Below, piece after piece: positions 1 through 12,398 of a stretch of 64,000 nucleotides of DNA (position 1 is its first letter; each line of letters starts with the position of its first letter). This DNA is from Escherichia coli (lineage in GTDB: Bacteria; Pseudomonadota; Gammaproteobacteria; Enterobacterales; Enterobacteriaceae): the NCBI RefSeq assembly GCF_003334255.1, contig NZ_QOWU01000025.1. One strand, 5' to 3'. Position numbers and translations under genes: made by a program. The notes under the pieces are model-generated. The model worked only from the letters and a program-made list of their open reading frames with translations. It was not told the DNA's origin and searched no databases.

Positions 1-300
1 TTTTTCGTCTTGCGACGTTAAGAATCCGTATCTTCGAGTGCCCACACAGATTGTCTGATAAATTGTTAAAGAGCAGTGCCGCTTCGCTTTTTCTCAGCGG
101 CGCGGGGTGTGCATAATACGCCCTCCCGCTACAGAGTCAAGCATTTCTTTGCTTTTCTCTGTTGAGATTCTCAGGAGAACCCCGCTGACCCGGCGGCGTG
201 TTTGCCGTTGTTCCGTGTCAGTGGTGGCGTATTATAGGGAGTTATTCCGGCCTGACAAGCGAAAAATATAAAAACTTTATCGTTCGCTCACTTTTCAGGC
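1..300 (-). promoter_or_regulatory. rRNA operon tandem promoters P1 and P2 plus leader with boxA antitermination motif; the 16S gene lies beyond the window start
   Basis: Reverse complement matches the canonical rrn P2-leader (TTGACT-16bp-TATTAT then GCTCTTTAACAATTTATCAGACAATCTGTGTGGGCACTCGAAGATACGGATTCTTAACGTCGCAAGACGAAAAA) and P1 (TTGTCA-16bp-TATAAT). P2 -35 at 135-140, -10 at 113-118; P1 -35 at 253-258, -10 at 231-236; boxA around 63-75; AT-rich UP/Fis-type region 260-330. Likely rrnG from position next to clpB. Confidence 0.8.
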
Positions 301-373
301 AAAACATCTTAAATATAGTCTTTTCCGTCTAACTTATAGACAAAAACGAGCCCCGAAGGGCTCGTTTTATCAT

Positions 374-2947
374 TTACTGGACGGCGACAATCCGGTCTTC
401 ATTAACTTCCAGGCGAATCACTTTACCCGGAACCAATTCACCAGACAGTATTTGCTGTGCCAGCGGGTTTTCGATCTGCTGCTGAATTGCACGTTTCAGA
501 GGACGTGCACCATAGACCGGATCGTAACCGTTCTCGCTCAGCAGTTTCAGCGCCTCGTCAGAAATGTGGATTTCATAACCACGTTCTTCCAGACGTTTGT
601 ACAGACGTTTCAACTGAATCTGCGCAATCGAGGCAATGTGCTGTTCACCCAGCGGATGGAAGACCACCACTTCATCGATACGGTTAATGAATTCCGGACG
701 GAAGTTATGGCTTACCACACCGAGCACCAGCTCTTTCATGTGCGCATAATCCAGTTCACCGAAGCGTTCCTGAATCAGATCGGAACCGAGGTTAGAGGTC
801 ATAATGACGACCGTATTACGGAAGTCGACCGTTCTCCCTTGCCCGTCAGTCAGACGCCCATCATCCAGTACCTGCAACAGAATGTTGAAGACATCCGGAT
901 GCGCTTTTTCCACTTCATCCAGCAGGATGACGGAATACGGACGACGACGCACCGCTTCGGTCAGGTAGCCACCTTCTTCATAACCGACATATCCCGGAGG
1001 CGCACCAACCAAACGAGACACCGAGTGTTTCTCCATAAACTCGGACATATCGATACGGACCATCGCCTCGTCGCTATCAAACATAAAGTTCGCCAGCGCC
1101 TTACAAAGCTCTGTTTTCCCCACACCAGTTGGGCCGAGGAACAGGAATGAACCAATCGGGCGATTTGGATCCGCCAGCCCCGCACGGCTACGACGAATAG
1201 CGTTAGATACCGCATCAACCGCTTCGTTCTGACCAATTACGCGATGGTGCAGTTCTTGCTCCATACGCAGCAGTTTTTCGCGCTCGCTTTCCATCATGCG
1301 AGAAACCGGAATCCCCGTCCAACGCGCCAGCACTTCAGCAATTTCGGCGTCGGTCACTTTATTACGCAACAGACGCATAGTTTTGCCTTCGAGCTGCGTT
1401 GCGGCTTCCAGTTGCTTTTCCAGTTCCGGGATTTTGCCGTATTGCAGTTCAGACATCCGCGCCAGGTCCCCCACACGGCGAGCCTGTTCAATAGCGATTT
1501 TCGCCTGTTCCAGTTCCGCTTTAATGGTCTGCGTACCAGAAAGCGATGCCTTCTCTGCTTTCCACTCTTCTTCTAACTCGGAGTACTGACGTTCTTTGTC
1601 GCTCAGTTCTTCGTTGAGCATATCCAGACGTTTTTTACTGGCTTCATCAGACTCTTTCATTAACGCCTGTTGTTCCAGTTTGAGCTGGATGATACGACGA
1701 TCGAGTCGGTCGAGTTCTTCTGGTTTTGAGTCAATCTGCATACGAATGCTGGATGCTGCTTCATCGATCAGGTCGATGGCTTTATCCGGCAGCTGACGGT
1801 CAGCAATGTAGCGATGAGACAACGTCGCCGCTGCAACAATTGCCGGGTCAGTAATTTGCACATGGTGGTGCAATTCGTAACGTTCTTTCAGGCCACGCAG
1901 AATCGCAATGGTATCTTCAACAGAAGGCTCGGCAACAAACACTTTCTGGAAACGACGTTCCAGCGCAGCATCTTTTTCAATGTACTGGCGATATTCGTCA
2001 AGCGTCGTGGCACCTACGCAGTGCAATTCACCACGCGCCAGCGCCGGTTTCAGCATGTTTCCGGCGTCCATTGCGCCATCGGCTTTACCCGCGCCGACCA
2101 TGGTATGTAATTCGTCGATAAATAGGATGACGTTGCCTTCCTGTTTGGCAAGATCGTTAAGCACGCCTTTTAAACGTTCTTCAAACTCACCGCGATATTT
2201 CGCCCCAGCCACCAGCGCGCCCATATCCAGCGCCAGTACCCGGCGGCCTTTCAACCCTTCCGGCACTTCGCCGTTGATAATACGCTGCGCCAGACCTTCA
2301 ACGATGGCAGTTTTACCGACGCCGGGTTCACCAATCAGTACCGGGTTATTTTTAGTACGACGTTGCAGCACCTGAATGGTACGGCGAATTTCTTCATCAC
2401 GACCAATCACCGGATCGAGTTTGCCCTGTTCGGCTCGTTCGGTAAGGTCGATGGTATATTTTTTCAAAGCCTGACGTTGGTCTTCAGCACCTTGATCGTT
2501 CACGCTTTCACCTCCACGCATTTGTTCAATCGCTTGAGTAATGTTGGCGGTGGTCGCCCCTGCTGCTTTCAGGATGTCGGCCAGCGTGCCGCGAGACTCA
2601 AGTGCCGCCAGAACGAACAGTTCTGACGAGATAAAGTTATCACCACGTTTTTGCGCCAGCTTGTCGCAAAGATTAAGAACGCGCACCAGATCCTGTGATG
2701 GCTGGACATCACCACCAGTACCTTCAACCTGCGGTAAACGATTTAATGCCTGATTGATATCTGTGCGCAACTGGCCAGCATTTATGCCAGCGGATGTTAA
2801 TAAAGGACTAACCGAACCCCCTTCCTGATTCAGCAGGGCGCTCATTAAATGAAGTGGTTCGATAAATTGGTTGTCGTGCCCGAGTGCAAGTGATTGGGCA
2901 TCGGCAAGAGCAAGCTGGAATTTATTAGTAAGACGATCCAGACGCAT
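374..2947 (-). CDS. clpB: ClpB disaggregase (Hsp100, AAA+ chaperone), 857 aa
   Basis: ORF translation begins [18 protein letters not shown] after trimming 4 codons of the track ORF; two AAA+ modules with Walker A motifs GEPGVGKT and GPTGVGKT. Confidence 0.95.
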
Positions 2948-2987
2948 AACTCCTCCCATAACGGATCAAAGTTGCTACTGGAGATTA

Positions 2988-3014
2988 AATGAGGTCATCC
3001 CTCAATTATTCAAG
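2988..3014 (-). promoter_or_regulatory. Putative sigma32 heat-shock promoter of clpB
   Basis: On minus strand CTTGAAT, 12-nt spacer, CCTCATTT, just upstream of the clpB start; resembles the sigma32 consensus CTTGAAA / CCCCATNT. Confidence 0.45.
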
Positions 3015-3076
3015 GTTATTGACCAGATTAATGTGAAAAGAAAATCACGCGTACCGGATCGTCTTGATTCTTTAGG

Positions 3077-3808
3077 TTATATCAGCCAAATGAAACTTGC
3101 CATACGACCGGTGGTCTTGTCGCGACGATAAGAGAAGAAAGTCTCATTTTCCGTATATGTACAACGGTCGCCGCCGAAAATTTGCTCAACACCCACGTTC
3201 GCCAGACGCTGCCGGGCAAGCTGATAAATATCCGCCAGATACTTATCACCATGCTGAATGAAAGCTGCACTTGCTTTAGCGTCTACTGCCATAAACGCCT
3301 CGCGAACCTCCCCCCCCACTTCGAACGCGCGTGGACCAATTGCCGGCCCTAACCAGGCGAGAATATTTTCCGGATTATCAGCAAAACAGGAAACCGTCTC
3401 TTCCAGCACGCCTGCGCACAGTCCACGCCAGCCAGCATGAGCGGCGGCGACTTCCGTTCCCGCTCGATTGCAAAACAGCACAGGGAGGCAGTCGGCAGTC
3501 ATCACTGCGCAAACCGTGCCGGGCGTATTGCTATAAGAGGCATCCGCCCGTTTTGAGGCATAAGGTTCGCCAGTGAGCTTAAGCACATCTTTGCCGTGTA
3601 CCTGCTCAAGCCAGACCGGTTTAGAAGGCAAATTGCCCGCAGCAAAAAGTCGCTTGCGATTCTCCTCAACGTGATCCGGGTTATCGCCACAATGGGCACC
3701 GAGGTTGAGTGAGTCATACGGGGGCAAGCTCACGCCGCCGATACGAGTGGAGCTACAGGCCGCAACACCTTTTGGCTGCGGCCACTGCGGGACAATCAGC
3801 TTACTCAT
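3077..3808 (-). CDS. pgeF: Purine nucleoside phosphorylase / peptidoglycan editing factor (YfiH family), 243 aa
   Basis: ORF translation MSKLIVPQWPQPKGVAACSSTRIGG; position between clpB and rluD. Confidence 0.85.
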   Translation of the reverse strand: MSKLIVPQWPQPKGVAACSSTRIGGVSLPPYDSLNLGAHCGDNPDHVEENRKRLFAAGNLPSKPVWLEQVHGKDVLKLTGEPYASKRADASYSNTPGTVCAVMTADCLPVLFCNRAGTEVAAAHAGWRGLCAGVLEETVSCFADNPENILAWLGPAIGPRAFEVGGEVREAFMAVDAKASAAFIQHGDKYLADIYQLARQRLANVGVEQIFGGDRCTYTENETFFSYRRDKTTGRMASFIWLI

Positions 3809-4785
3809 AACCAGTCCACTTCATCCTTATGTTCTTCGAAATCGGCGCGCATCACCTCAATCAGCTCCACCATATCTTGTGGAATAGGCGCATGCCATTC
3901 CATTTCGATGCCGGAGATCGGGTGATAAAGACGCAGCATGGTTGCATGTAGCGCCTGGCGGTCAAACTTACGCAGCGTGGAGATAAATGCTTCCGAAGCA
4001 CCTTTTGGCGGACGCGGACGGCCACCATAAACCGGATCGCCCACCAGCGGATGAGTGATATGGGCCATATGCACGCGGATCTGGTGCGTACGTCCAGTTT
4101 CCAGACGCAACCGCAGACGCGTGTGCACACGGAAGTGTTCCATGATGCGATAGTGAGTCACCGCTGGTTTGCCCATCGGATGCACCGCCATATGGGTACG
4201 TTTGGTCGGGTGGCGACTGATTGGCTCGTCCACCGTGCCACCTGCGGTCATATGACCAATCGCCACCGCTTCATACTCACGAGTAATTTCACGCCGTTGC
4301 AAAGATTCGACTAAACGCGTCTGAGCCGGAACGGTTTTTGCCACAACCATCAGGCCAGTGGTGTCTTTATCCAGACGATGGACGATGCCCGCACGCGGTA
4401 CATCGGCAATGGGTGGATAGTAATGAAGCAACGCATTCAGTACCGTGCCATCCGGGTTACCCGCGCCAGGATGTACCACCAGGTCGCGCGGTTTATTAAT
4501 GATAATAATGTCTTCATCTTCATAGACGATATCCAGCGGGATATCCTGCGGTTCAAAACGCGCTTCTTCTTCAATCTCAGCGTTGATGGCAACCTGCTCG
4601 CCACCCAATACTTTTTCTTTCGGCTTATCACAAACTTTGCCGTTAACCAGCACTCGCTGGTCGAGGATCCATTCTTTTATTCGCGAACGTGAATAATCCG
4701 GGAACATTTCGGCCAAAGCCTGATCTAAGCGTTGACCGAGTTGGTTTTCGGACACCGTTGCAGTGAGCTGTACTCGTTGTGCCAT
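3805..4785 (-). CDS. rluD: 23S rRNA pseudouridine synthase RluD, 326 aa
   Basis: ORF translation MAQRVQLTATVSENQLGQRLDQALAEMF; S4-like N-terminus and RluA-family catalytic core; 4-nt overlap with pgeF. Confidence 0.9.
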   Translation of the reverse strand: MAQRVQLTATVSENQLGQRLDQALAEMFPDYSRSRIKEWILDQRVLVNGKVCDKPKEKVLGGEQVAINAEIEEEARFEPQDIPLDIVYEDEDIIIINKPRDLVVHPGAGNPDGTVLNALLHYYPPIADVPRAGIVHRLDKDTTGLMVVAKTVPAQTRLVESLQRREITREYEAVAIGHMTAGGTVDEPISRHPTKRTHMAVHPMGKPAVTHYRIMEHFRVHTRLRLRLETGRTHQIRVHMAHITHPLVGDPVYGGRPRPPKGASEAFISTLRKFDRQALHATMLRLYHPISGIEMEWHAPIPQDMVELIEVMRADFEEHKDEVDWL

Positions 4786-4919
4786 ATATACTGCTTCTTC
4801 GTTTATCGTTGGGGTTTTACGGCTTTGCCGTTTAATATAGTGTGCTATTGTAGCTGGTCTTAACCGGGAGCAGGAACAGAGAATCTCCCGTATTACATTT
4901 TGAGGAAAGTCAAAACGTC

Positions 4920-5657
4920 ATGACGCGCATGAAATATCTGGTGGCAGCCGCCACACTAAGCCTGTTTTTGGCGGGTTGCTCGGGGTCAAAGGAAGAAGTA
5001 CCTGATAATCCGCCAAATGAAATTTACGCGACTGCACAACAAAAGCTGCAGGACGGTAACTGGAGACAGGCAATAACGCAACTGGAAGCGTTAGATAATC
5101 GCTATCCGTTTGGTCCGTATTCGCAGCAGGTGCAGCTGGATCTCATCTACGCCTACTATAAAAACGCCGATTTGCCGTTAGCACAGGCTGCCATCGATCG
5201 TTTTATTCGCCTTAACCCGACCCATCCGAATATCGATTATGTCATGTACATGCGTGGCCTGACCAATATGGCGCTGGATGACAGTGCGCTGCAAGGGTTC
5301 TTTGGCGTCGATCGTAGCGATCGCGATCCTCAACATGCACGAGCTGCGTTTAGTGACTTTTCCAAACTGGTGCGCGGCTATCCGAACAGTCAGTACACCA
5401 CCGATGCCACCAAACGTCTGGTATTCCTGAAAGATCGTCTGGCGAAATATGAATACTCCGTGGCCGAGTACTATACAGAACGTGGCGCATGGGTTGCCGT
5501 CGTTAACCGCGTAGAAGGCATGTTGCGCGACTACCCGGATACCCAGGCTACGCGTGATGCGCTGCCGCTGATGGAAAATGCATACCGTCAGATGCAGATG
5601 AATGCGCAAGCTGAAAAAGTAGCGAAAATCATCGCCGCAAACAGCAGCAATACATAA
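4920..5657 (+). CDS. bamD: Outer membrane protein assembly lipoprotein BamD, 245 aa
   Basis: Lipoprotein signal with lipobox LAGC; TPR-like body; divergent from rluD. Confidence 0.9.
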
Positions 5658-5674
5658 CAGAAACCTGAAACACA

Positions 5675-5707
5675 AAACGGCAGCCCTTGAGCTGCCGTTT
5701 TTTTATT
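5675..5707 (+). terminator. Intrinsic terminator after bamD
   Basis: GC stem ACGGCAGC / GCTGCCGT followed by a T-tract. Confidence 0.7.
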
Positions 5708-5873
5708 CTGTCAGTTGTGAAACTGAAGCGATTTAGTCGCTATCGATCTCATCAAATATGGCTCGCTTTGAGATATTCCTCAAGTAAAAAAACATCTCTT
5801 CCTGCGATTTCTCACAAAAAAGATTCGTTGACAAAAAGTGACAAAATTATGAGATTTTCATCACACATTTTGA

Positions 5874-6269
<396 letters not shown>

Positions 6270-6290
6270 TCCTTTATATTGAGTGTATCG

Positions 6291-6317
6291 CCAACGCGCC
6301 TTCGGGCGCGTTTTTTG
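6291..6317 (+). terminator. Intrinsic terminator after raiA
   Basis: Stem AACGCGCC / GGCGCGTT with TTCG loop, then T-tract. Confidence 0.7.
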
Positions 6318-6352
6318 TTGACAGCGTGAAAACAGTACGGGTACTGTACTAA
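6318..6352 (+). promoter_or_regulatory. pheL-pheA promoter
   Basis: TTGACA at 6318-6323 followed by a -10-like TACTGTACT about 17 bp downstream, directly upstream of the leader peptide. Confidence 0.55.
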
Positions 6353-6372
6353 AGTCACTTAAGGAAACAAAC

Positions 6373-6420
6373 ATGAAACACATACCGTTTTTCTTCGCAT
6401 TCTTTTTTACCTTCCCCTGA
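6373..6420 (+). CDS. pheL: pheA leader peptide, 15 aa, Phe-rich ([15 protein letters not shown])
   Basis: Short ORF with 7 Phe codons immediately upstream of pheA; too short for the ORF track. Confidence 0.85.
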
Positions 6421-6465
6421 ATGGGAGGCGTTTCGTCGTGTGAAACAGAATGCGAAGACGAACAA

Positions 6466-6497
6466 TAAGGCCTCCCAAATCGGGGGGCCTTTTTTAT
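6466..6497 (+). terminator. pheA attenuator terminator hairpin
   Basis: AGGCCTCCC / GGGGGGCCT stem followed by TTTTTTATT between pheL and pheA. Confidence 0.75.
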
Positions 6498-6518
6498 TGA
6501 TAACAAAAAGGCAACACT

Positions 6519-7679
6519 ATGACATCGGAAAACCCGTTACTGGCGCTGCGAGAGAAAATCAGCGCGCTGGATGAAAAATTATTAGCGTTACTGGCAGAAC
6601 GGCGCGAACTGGCCGTCGAGGTGGGAAAAGCCAAACTGCTCTCGCATCGCCCGGTACGTGATATTGATCGTGAACGCGATTTGCTGGAAAGATTAATTAC
6701 GCTCGGTAAAGCGCACCATCTGGACGCCCATTACATTACTCGCCTGTTCCAGCTCATCATTGAAGATTCCGTATTAACTCAGCAGGCTTTGCTCCAACAA
6801 CATCTCAATAAAATTAATCCGCACTCAGCACGCATCGCTTTTCTCGGCCCCAAAGGTTCTTATTCCCATCTTGCGGCGCGCCAGTATGCTGCCCGTCACT
6901 TTGAGCAATTCATTGAAAGTGGCTGCGCCAAATTTGCCGATATTTTTAATCAGGTGGAAACCGGCCAGGCCGACTATGCCGTCGTACCGATTGAAAATAC
7001 CAGCTCCGGTGCCATAAACGACGTTTACGATCTGCTGCAACATACCAGCTTGTCGATTGTTGGCGAGATGACGTTAACTATCGACCATTGTTTGTTGGTC
7101 TCCGGCACTACTGATTTATCCACCATCAATACGGTCTACAGCCATCCGCAGCCATTCCAGCAATGCAGCAAATTCCTTAATCGTTATCCGCACTGGAAGA
7201 TTGAATATACCGAAAGTACGTCTGCGGCAATGGAAAAGGTTGCACAGGCAAAATCACCGCATGTTGCTGCGTTGGGAAGCGAAGCTGGCGGCACTTTGTA
7301 CGGTTTGCAGGTACTGGAGCGTATTGAAGCAAATCAGCGACAAAACTTCACCCGATTTGTGGTGTTGGCGCGTAAAGCCATTAACGTGTCTGATCAGGTT
7401 CCGGCGAAAACCACGTTGTTAATGGCGACCGGGCAACAAGCCGGTGCGCTGGTTGAAGCGTTGCTGGTACTGCGCAACCACAATCTGATTATGACCCGTC
7501 TGGAATCACGCCCGATTCACGGTAATCCATGGGAAGAGATGTTCTATCTGGATATTCAGGCCAATCTTGAATCAGCGGAAATGCAAAAAGCATTGAAAGA
7601 GTTAGGGGAAATCACCCGTTCAATGAAGGTATTGGGCTGTTACCCAAGTGAGAACGTAGTGCCTGTTGATCCAACCTGA
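6519..7679 (+). CDS. pheA: Bifunctional chorismate mutase / prephenate dehydratase, 386 aa
   Basis: ORF translation [39 protein letters not shown]. Confidence 0.95.
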
Positions 7680-7685
7680 TGAAAA

Positions 7686-7716
7686 GGTGCCGGATGATGT
7701 GAATCATCCGGCACTG
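7686..7716. terminator. Bidirectional hairpin between convergent pheA and tyrA
   Basis: GTGCCGGATGAT / TCATCCGGCAC palindrome. Confidence 0.6.
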
Positions 7717-7721
7717 GATTA

Positions 7722-8843
7722 TTACTGGCGATTGTCATTCGCCTGACGCAATAACACGCGGCTTTCACTCTGAAAACGCTGTGCGTAATCGCCGAACCAG
7801 TGCTCCACCTTGCGGAAACTGTCAATAAACGCCTGCTTATCGCCCTGCTCCAGCAACTCAATCGCCTCGCCGAAACGCTTATAGTAACGTTTGATTAACG
7901 CCAGATTACGCTCTGACGACATAATGATGTCGGCATAAAGCTGCGGATCCTGAGCAAACAGTCGCCCGACCATCGCCAGCTCAAGGCGGTAAATCGGCGA
8001 AGAGAGCGCCAGAAGTTGCTCAAGCTGAACATTTTCTTCTGCCAGGTGCAGCCCGTAAGCAAAAGTAGCAAAGTGGCGCAGTGCCTGAATAAACGCCATA
8101 TTCTGATCGTGCTCGACGGCGCTAATACGATGCAGCCGAGCGCCCCAGACCTGAATTTGCTCCAGAAACCATTGGTATGCTTCCGGTTTACGTCCATCAC
8201 ACCAGACCACAACTTGCTTTGCCAGGCTACCGCTGTCCGGACCGAACATCGGGTGTAGCCCCAGCACCGGACCATCATGCGCCACCAGCATGGCCTGTAA
8301 TGGCCCATTTTTCACTGATGCCAGATCGACCAGAATACAATCTTTCGGTAAAGGCGGTAATTTGCCAATAACTTGCTCAGTAACGTGGATTGGCACACTA
8401 ACAATCACCATTCCGGCATCGGCAACAATATCAGCCGCTCGATCCCAGTCATGTTGCTCCAGAATCCGCACCTGATAACCCGAGAGGGTCAGCATCTTCT
8501 CGAACAGGCGTCCCATCTGACCGCCACCGCCGACGATAACCACCGGACGCAGTGACGGACAAAGTGTTTTAAATCCTTTGTCGTTTTCACTGGAGTAAGA
8601 TTCACGCATCACCCGACGCAAAACATCCTCAATCAGATCTGGCGGTACACCCAGAGCTTCCGCCTCTGCACGACGCGAGGCCAACATAGATGCCTCGCGC
8701 TCCGGAACATAAATAGGCAGTCCAAAGCGGCTTTTCACCTCGCCCACTTCAGCAACCAGTTCCAGACGCTTCGCTAATAAATTCAGCAGCGCTTTATCGA
8801 CTTCATCAATTTGATCGCGTAATGCGGTCAATTCAGCAACCAT
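7722..8843 (-). CDS. tyrA: Bifunctional chorismate mutase / prephenate dehydrogenase, 373 aa
   Basis: ORF translation [37 protein letters not shown]. Confidence 0.95.
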   Translation of the reverse strand: MVAELTALRDQIDEVDKALLNLLAKRLELVAEVGEVKSRFGLPIYVPEREASMLASRRAEAEALGVPPDLIEDVLRRVMRESYSSENDKGFKTLCPSLRPVVIVGGGGQMGRLFEKMLTLSGYQVRILEQHDWDRAADIVADAGMVIVSVPIHVTEQVIGKLPPLPKDCILVDLASVKNGPLQAMLVAHDGPVLGLHPMFGPDSGSLAKQVVVWCDGRKPEAYQWFLEQIQVWGARLHRISAVEHDQNMAFIQALRHFATFAYGLHLAEENVQLEQLLALSSPIYRLELAMVGRLFAQDPQLYADIIMSSERNLALIKRYYKRFGEAIELLEQGDKQAFIDSFRKVEHWFGDYAQRFQSESRVLLRQANDNRQ

Positions 8844-8853
8844 AATAAACCTC

Positions 8854-9924
8854 TTAAGCCACGCGAGCCGTCAGCTGCCCGTTCAGATCCTGATGAATTT
8901 CACGCAGCAAGGCATCGGTCATTTCCCAGCTAATGCAGGCATCGGTTACGGATACACCGTATTTCATTTCACTGCGCGGTTGCTCGGAAGACTGATTGCC
9001 CTCGTGGATATTACTTTCGATCATCAGACCAATAATTGAGCGATTGCCATCTTTGATTTGAGCAACCACGGATTCTGCCACCGCAGGCTGACGGCGATAA
9101 TCTTTATTGGAATTACCGTGGCTGCAATCTACCATCAGAGACGGGCGCAGTCCCGCCTGTTCCATCTCTTTTTCACATTGCGCAACATCCGCAGGGCTAT
9201 AGTTCGGCGCTTTACCACCGCGCAGGATCACATGGCCGTCCGGATTCCCCTGAGTTTGTAGCAACGCAACCTGCCCTGCCTGGTTAATGCCAACAAAACG
9301 GTGCGGCTGGGCGGCGGCGCGCATAGCGTTAATTGCTGTTGCCAGACTGCCGTCGGTGCCGTTTTTAAAACCAACCGGCATGGAAAGCCCGGAGGCCATT
9401 TCACGGTGAGTTTGCGATTCCGTTGTACGAGCACCAATTGCTGACCAGCTAAACAGATCGCCCAGGTATTGCGGGCTATTCGGATCTAACGCTTCCGTCG
9501 CCAGTGGCAGTCCCATATTCACCAGCTCAAGCAGCAATTTACGCGCGATCTGCAGCCCGGCTTCTACATCAAAAGAGCCATCCATATGGGGATCGTTAAT
9601 TAACCCTTTCCAGCCGACAGTGGTACGGGGTTTTTCAAAATAGACGCGCATTACCAGATAGAGGCTATCGCTGACCTCTGCGGCAAGGGCTTTAAATCGA
9701 CGAGCATATTCCAGAGCAGTTTCCGGATCATGAATGGAACAAGGACCACATACTACCAGCAGACGAGGATCGCGCCCGGCGATAATATCTGAAATGCTTT
9801 TACGCGAGTCAGCAATCTGGGCTTCTTGTTGCAGGCTCAATGGAAAAGCGGCCTTCAGTTGTTCCGGAGTCATTAAAACCTGTTCGTCGGTAATATGTAC
9901 GTTATTCAGCGCGTCTTTTTGCAT
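8854..9924 (-). CDS. aroF: Tyr-sensitive DAHP synthase, 356 aa
   Basis: Translation begins [29 protein letters not shown] after trimming 23 codons of the track ORF; operon with tyrA. Confidence 0.9.
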   Translation of the reverse strand: MQKDALNNVHITDEQVLMTPEQLKAAFPLSLQQEAQIADSRKSISDIIAGRDPRLLVVCGPCSIHDPETALEYARRFKALAAEVSDSLYLVMRVYFEKPRTTVGWKGLINDPHMDGSFDVEAGLQIARKLLLELVNMGLPLATEALDPNSPQYLGDLFSWSAIGARTTESQTHREMASGLSMPVGFKNGTDGSLATAINAMRAAAQPHRFVGINQAGQVALLQTQGNPDGHVILRGGKAPNYSPADVAQCEKEMEQAGLRPSLMVDCSHGNSNKDYRRQPAVAESVVAQIKDGNRSIIGLMIESNIHEGNQSSEQPRSEMKYGVSVTDACISWEMTDALLREIHQDLNGQLTARVA

Positions 9925-10020
9925 GATGGCGATCCTGTTTATGCTCGTTTGCGATAGTTGATCCTCAGCGAGGATGACGTAACGATAACACATAAAGTAA
10001 AGTTTTCAATCCATATTTCG

Positions 10021-10088
10021 TACATTTTTATTTACACAGGCAATTTAGTCGCGCTTTCAACCCTTACCTCTGTATAGATAAATTTACA
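10021..10088 (-). promoter_or_regulatory. Putative TyrR boxes upstream of aroF
   Basis: TGTAAA-N6-TTTACA-like palindromes: TGTATAGATAAATTTACA at 10071-10088 and TACATTTTTATTTACA at 10021-10036. Confidence 0.45.
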
Positions 10089-10133
10089 CTCCCTTTGAAA
10101 ACAATCCGCTATGCTTTGAAAAAGGAGAAAGAA

Positions 10134-10499
10134 ATGATGAAAAAGTTTATCGCCCCCTTGTTGGCTTTACTGGTTAGCGGATGTCAGATTGATCCTTATA
10201 CTCACGCGCCAACCTTGACCAGCACCGACTGGTATGATGTCGGTATGGAAGATGCGATATCGGGCAGCGCCATAAAAGATGACGATGCATTTAGCGATTC
10301 ACAGGCGGATCGCGGTCTATACCTTAAAGGATATGCCGAAGGACAAAAGAAAACTTGCCAGACCGATTTTACTTATGCCCGAGGACTTTCCGGTAAAAGC
10401 TTTCCTGCCAGCTGCAACAATGTTGAAAATGCCAGCCAACTGCATGAAGTATGGCAAAAAGGGGCTGATGAAAATGCCAGCACAATACGATTAAATTAA
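10134..10499 (+). CDS. yfiL: Small lipoprotein YfiL, about 121 aa
   Basis: Signal peptide MMKKFIAPLLALLVSGC with lipobox; start chosen at internal ATG of the track ORF. Confidence 0.6.
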   Translation: MMKKFIAPLLALLVSGCQIDPYTHAPTLTSTDWYDVGMEDAISGSAIKDDDAFSDSQADRGLYLKGYAEGQKKTCQTDFTYARGLSGKSFPASCNNVENASQLHEVWQKGADENASTIRLN

Positions 10500-10648
10500 T
10501 TAAAACCCCACAAATAAATTAAACATAAGATTTTACTCATTGTGTTTTATTTCTCACATTGATGACGGTCGCATGAAAAAATGATATTTTAATGAGCATT
10601 CTGAAAAAATATCGATGCATTTCGAGCGAAGATGGTGGGGATCCCTGA

Positions 10649-11167
10649 ATGCGTTTTTCTCACCGACTGTTCTTACTTCTGATTCTCCTGCTGACGGGAG
10701 CACCAATACTCGCTCAGGAGCCTTCTGACGTTGCGAAAAACGTGCGTATGATGGTTTCCGGTATTGTCAGTTACACCCGCTGGCCTGCGCTATCAGGGCC
10801 ACCAAAGTTATGTATCTTTTCATCTTCACGTTTTAGTACCGCCCTACAAGAGAATGCCGCGACATCTTTGCCTTATCTGCCTGTCATCATTCACACTCAA
10901 CAAGAGGCGATGATTTCAGGCTGCAATGGTTTTTATTTTGGCAACGAGTCACCGACATTCCAGATGGAATTAACCGAACAATATCCGTCAAAGGCGTTAT
11001 TATTAATTGCCGAACAAAATACCGTGTGCATTATTGGTAGCGCCTTTTGTCTGATCATCCACAATAATGACGTCAGATTTGCCGTAAACCTGGATGCCTT
11101 ATCGCGTAGCGGTGTAAAGGTCAACCCGGATGTCTTAATGCTCGCACGGAAGAAAAATGATGGATAA
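10649..11167 (+). CDS. yfiR: Periplasmic repressor of the DgcN diguanylate cyclase, 172 aa
   Basis: Signal peptide [22 protein letters not shown]; first gene of the yfiR-yfiN-yfiB operon. Confidence 0.8.
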   Translation: MRFSHRLFLLLILLLTGAPILAQEPSDVAKNVRMMVSGIVSYTRWPALSGPPKLCIFSSSRFSTALQENAATSLPYLPVIIHTQQEAMISGCNGFYFGNESPTFQMELTEQYPSKALLLIAEQNTVCIIGSAFCLIIHNNDVRFAVNLDALSRSGVKVNPDVLMLARKKNDG

Positions 11168-12383
11168 CGATAATTCTCTTAATAAGCGCCCCACGTTTAA
11201 AAGAGCATTACGCAACATCAGTATGACCAGCATATTTATCACTATGATGCTGATCTGGTTGCTGCTTTCCGTGACCTCGGTGCTGACCCTGAAACAGTAC
11301 GCGCAAAAAAACCTGGCACTGACAGCAGCAACAATGACTTACAGTCTGGAAGCAGCTGTCGTTTTTGCCGATGGCCCTGCAGCAACTGAAACACTGGCAG
11401 CGCTGGGCCAGCAAGGGCAATTTTCAACTGCAGAAGTACGTGATAAGCAGCAAAATATTCTGGCATCCTGGCATTACACCCGTAAGGATCCAGGCGATAC
11501 TTTCAGTAATTTCATAAGCCACTGGCTCTTCCCTGCCCCCATCATTCAGCCGATTCGTCACAATGGTGAAACCATTGGCGAAGTACGCTTAACCGCTCGC
11601 GACAGTTCAATCAGCCATTTTATCTGGTTTTCGCTCGCCGTACTGACCGGTTGTATTCTGCTGGCATCAGGCATCGCAATTACCCTCACCCGCCATTTGC
11701 ACAATGGCCTGGTAGAAGCGCTGAAAAATATCACCGATGTCGTACATGATGTGCGTTCCAACCGCAATTTTTCCCGACGAGTTTCGGAAGAACGTATCGC
11801 TGAGTTTCACCGCTTCGCTCTCGACTTCAACAGTCTGCTGGATGAAATGGAAGAGTGGCAGCTTCGTTTACAGGCTAAAAATGCGCAGCTTCTACGTACC
11901 GCGCTACATGACCCATTAACCGGGCTGGCTAACCGCGCAGCGTTTCGTAGCGGCATCAACACGTTGATGAACAATTCCGATGCCCGAAAAACGTCGGCGT
12001 TACTATTTCTTGATGGCGATAATTTCAAATACATCAATGATACCTGGGGTCATGCGACGGGCGATAGAGTCTTGATTGAAATCGCAAAACGGTTAGCTGA
12101 ATTTGGCGGGCTGCGACATAAAGCATACCGCCTGGGCGGCGATGAATTCGCTATGGTGCTCTATGATGTACAGTCGGAATCTGAAGTGCAGCAGATATGT
12201 TCAGCACTGACACAAATCTTTAATCTCCCGTTTGATCTTCATAATGGCCATCAGACCACCATGACATTAAGCATTGGTTACGCGATGACCATTGAGCACG
12301 CCTCTGCGGAAAAATTACAAGAGCTTGCCGATCACAATATGTATCAGGCCAAACACCAGCGTGCCGAAAAGCTGGTGAGATAA
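11157..12383 (+). CDS. dgcN: Membrane diguanylate cyclase (GGDEF domain), 408 aa
   Basis: Two TM segments, HAMP-like linker, RLGGDEF active-site motif; overlaps yfiR by 11 nt. Confidence 0.85.
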   Translation: MMDNDNSLNKRPTFKRALRNISMTSIFITMMLIWLLLSVTSVLTLKQYAQKNLALTAATMTYSLEAAVVFADGPAATETLAALGQQGQFSTAEVRDKQQNILASWHYTRKDPGDTFSNFISHWLFPAPIIQPIRHNGETIGEVRLTARDSSISHFIWFSLAVLTGCILLASGIAITLTRHLHNGLVEALKNITDVVHDVRSNRNFSRRVSEERIAEFHRFALDFNSLLDEMEEWQLRLQAKNAQLLRTALHDPLTGLANRAAFRSGINTLMNNSDARKTSALLFLDGDNFKYINDTWGHATGDRVLIEIAKRLAEFGGLRHKAYRLGGDEFAMVLYDVQSESEVQQICSALTQIFNLPFDLHNGHQTTMTLSIGYAMTIEHASAEKLQELADHNMYQAKHQRAEKLVR

Positions 12384-12398
12384 CAAGGATATATCGAT

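Noticed and set aside
452..2753. Multiple plus-strand ORFs (60-232 aa) inside the clpB coding region
   Set aside because: Antisense shadow ORFs within a well-supported gene; low-complexity, Arg/Ser-rich translations typical of out-of-frame reading.
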